Source of the DNA: Zygophlyctis sp. KS116
Taxonomy: Eukaryota > Fungi > Chytridiomycota
Assembly (NCBI GenBank): GCA_054661495.1
Contig: BAAFSQ010000315.1
Span: 1 to 11,000, forward strand
Direction of reading: 5' to 3'
Length of the DNA stretch: 11,000 nucleotides
Positions 8,312 to 11,000 of this stretch are shown one piece after another. The translations under genes were made by a program, and so were the position numbers. The first letter of the stretch is position 1; every line of letters starts with the position of its first letter. Below the pieces are notes generated by a model. It worked only from the letters and a program-made list of their open reading frames with translations. It was not told the DNA's origin and did not search any database.

Positions 8312-8313
8312 TT

Positions 8314-9459
8314 ATGAAAATTCTAAATTTCAAAACAAGAAATTGTCTATTTTTATTGCTTTTGTTAGCTCTAATGTTTACAATATTTAGAGAAAAATCT
8401 AAAAATACTCTAAATATTCATGTTTTTGCTTGGAAAAGAGGAAAATCTCTCTCTAGACTCTTAAATTCTCTTAATAATGCAGAGTATATGGATGATCAGG
8501 CTCTATTAATAATACATGTAGATGGAGAAGAGTCTGAAGAAGTTGATAGAGTCTTGTTTAATTTTAAATGGAAATTTGGAAGGAAATACATGATAATTCA
8601 AAGGAACAAGTCTAGAGTTGGACTATTAAAGGTTTTTTTTAAATTTTTTAAATATTTTAGATGATGTTGTATGCATGGGACACTGTTGATTCAAAATATG
8701 CTATATTTTTAGAAGATGATGTTCAAGTTTCAGAAATGTTTTATATATACGCAAAACAATGTATTAATTTACTTCAGGAAAATTTCCAGAATTTAATTGG
8801 ATGTTCACTATATACTCCAAGGTTGGATGAAATTTCTCATACTAATGATCCTCAACATCCGCCATTATGGAATTTTACTGAAAAAACACTTGAAAATTGG
8901 GTTTATTATCAACTTCCTTGTTCTTGGGGTGCAGTTTATAAAGACTATGAATGGAAAAAATTTGTAAAATATTTAGATTATAGAATACATTCACGTAAAA
9001 GTTTACCAGAAATACCAAATTCCAGGTCTAATCAATGGGAATCAAGTTGGAAAAGGTAGGATTTTCTAGACTAAATGATTTTCTAGATTCCTGATAGAAT
9101 TCATGTATGCAAAAGGACTTTTTCTATTATATCCAAATTTTAATAATCAAGTTTCATTCTCTACAAATTACTATGAAGAAGGAATTCATTCTGTTCCTGC
9201 AGGTAGTAAAGTTGTAGTTCCAGATCGGCTAAGGGTAATTCCAGATGAAAGATTTCAGGTTCCATTGTTTGATGTCAAGGATTACAATCAAATAATGGAT
9301 GTATTTAACAATTTCCCAAAATCTAAAGACAATGTTCCTCTAATCAGTATTTATAATCAAGTCATTCAAGATTTTCCTGAATTTTTAAAAGTAGGAAATG
9401 ATTGGATCTCTAATGTATATAATGTAGATAAAATAGCATACTATTTACTCTGCAATTAA
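8314..9459 (+). CDS. Type II membrane GT-A fold glycosyltransferase (361 aa; exons 8314-8631, 8661-9055, 9087-9459)
   Basis: It has an N-terminal signal-anchor and the motifs SLSRLLNSL, FLEDDVQVS, SLYTPRL, QLPCSWGAVY, SRSNQWESSWKRFLIEFMY...LYPNF and SFSTN. From memory these match the uncharacterised plant/fungal 'glycosyltransferase family 2'-annotated group (Arabidopsis At5g60700-like). Introns are 8632-8660 (29 nt) and 9056-9086 (31 nt). Confidence 0.85.
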
Positions 9460-9539
9460 TGAAATTCATCAGAAATTAATGTTTTTAGCACAAGAAATTT
9501 TTACAGATTTCCAGTTATTTCGCGTTCTTTGAGACATTA

Positions 9540-10844
9540 ATGCTCAATTACTCTGCTACGAATGCGTTTCTATACAAGCTAGGGAGCATAGGGATTAAAA
9601 TGGACTCGAAAGATTTACAAAAATTAGAAAAGGTATTAAAGGCTGATGATGAATACATTTCAACTATAACTAATAATCAAGAATTGGATATTTCTTGGTC
9701 TGATGAAATTGGATTATTTAAAAATCTTAAAAAAAAGAATATTACAGTCTCTGAAATCATAAATTTCTTTAAATCACTACGACTGATAAATCTCTCGATT
9801 AGAGAAATTGATTCTAATTTCAATAGTTTTCTACATTTGAAAGAATTGAATTTATCTGGAAATTTATTGTCTAAAGTGGAGAATATTCCTCAAACTGTAG
9901 AAATTCTAGATTTAAATGCTAATCGGTAATTCCTTGAAACTAAAAAACAAGACTACAGGAATTTCCAAATCTAAGGAATCAAACTAAACTGCTACATCTA
10001 GGAATATCTTTTAATGAAATTTCATTAATTCACTCTGATCATTTACCAAATCAGTTAGTATCTCTTGATGCGAGTTTTAATAGATTATACGATCTAAAGT
10101 CATTGATTTCAAGTCTAGAACCTCTAAAATCTTTAAGAAATTTGGCTTTAATCGGAAATTCTCTAGATCTATCACCAATTTACGAATCTTTAGTAATTTC
10201 TAAATTACCTTTATCTTTTTTGGATGATGAACCGACCCTGTCTATTCCAAAATTCAAAGGAAATGAACAAGATGCATTCAAATTTAATGTAAAAGCTACA
10301 GTACAATGCATAACTGGTCTAAAAATCCCTGAATTTACTCCTTCTCATCCAGATCAACCTAAAGATCAGTAATTTACACTACTTACAATATAGATTCAAG
10401 TATTCTGTTCTCGTGGAATTTGAGTCTAATCTCTTTCAGACTGATTTTGTAGAATGGAATCCAGAAATTTTAGAATTTAATACTTTCAAGATTATGAATT
10501 TTCCAATTTCAAAGGATTTACCAGATATTTTTAAAGGTAATCTTGTTTACTCTAATTAAAGTTGGGCCTAAAATCTCATTTTTGGAACAGAGAAATACAT
10601 TTACAATGTCCGAAACTGGTTCTACTCCTGTTCCTGTGGGAGCTAAAAAGGGAGCAGTCAAAAAACCAGGTAAAAATTATAAAATTTAATTTTAGTAATT
10701 CAATGGATTTCAAGTCCAGGAGTTATTACAAATTTGGGATCGAGAAATATCTCAATTGTAGAATTACTATCTAAAAAGGAATTTATCGCAGACTGTATTC
10801 TTGATGGATGTACAATCAGGATTACATGGACGATTTCTAAATAA
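9540..10844 (+). CDS. Leucine-rich repeat protein, LRRC43-like (400 aa; exons 9540-9925, 9952-10368, 10394-10536, 10562-10669, 10696-10844)
   Basis: FFKSLRLINLSIREID...FLHLKELNLSGN...IPQTVEILDLNAN resembles, from memory, the LRRC43 LRR start. Further LRRs are LLHLGISFN, LVSLDASFN and LRNLALIGN. Four GT-AG introns (9926-9951, 10369-10393, 10537-10561, 10670-10695; 26, 25, 25 and 26 nt) give one continuous frame to TAA at 10842-10844. Confidence 0.8.
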
Positions 10845-10910
10845 AATTTAAACAATTGCTGTACTAATTCATAGCAAAACTAAATTCCCAAAGAATCGTA
10901 AGGGCAAACT

Positions 10911-11000
10911 TTAGGGCTTTATCGAGGGCAAAGAAATTTCATTCAAATTGTTTCCTATTCTATTCTCTTGAAATTTATCAACTTACTTTTCAAAGTATCT
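10911..11000 (-). CDS. Possible 3' end of a convergent gene running off the window (...RYFEKIGNNLNEISLPSIKP*)
   Basis: There is a perfect GTAAGT donor at 10986 (minus) with TAG 27 nt away (10960-10986), followed by a short open frame to TAA at 10913-10911. The frame and product cannot be confirmed. Confidence 0.3.

Noticed and set aside
10562-10774. ORF 10562-10774 as a separate gene
   Set aside because: It is an off-frame reading of exons 4-5 of the LRR gene.
164-10844. Fragmented ORFs read as pseudogenes, frameshifts or a TAA/TAG-reassigned genetic code
   Set aside because: Every break is explained by a GT-AG intron that restores frame and conserved motifs. TAA terminates SAR1 and RPF1 at their expected C-termini.

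Overview
This is a gene-dense, AT-rich eukaryotic window read in the standard genetic code. The SAR1, cyclin B and RPF1 sequences look fungal and an LRRC43-like ciliary gene is present, so it is probably a zoosporic or early-diverging fungus (inference). The ORF track is fragmented because the genes are split by very small GT-AG introns. I reconstructed 19 introns that restore frame and homology: 18 are 24-34 nt and one is 50 nt. Two more 27-nt introns are tentative. Gene order: three tandem paralogous secreted, Cys-rich, probably GPI-anchored proteins (+), SAR1 (+), SLU7 (+), RPF1 (-), B-type cyclin (-), L-2-hydroxyglutarate dehydrogenase-like FAD oxidoreductase (-), a GT-A glycosyltransferase (+), an LRRC43-like protein (+), and possibly the 3' end of another gene (-). 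The most striking observation is hidden from the ORF track. Once the last cyclin intron is removed, the cyclin stop codon (TGA, 5330-5328) overlaps the RPF1 start codon (ATG, 5331-5329) as ATGA, an operon-like junction with no intergenic space. Also notable are the mosaic architecture of the surface-protein array and several hints that splice-site choice depends on intron length.
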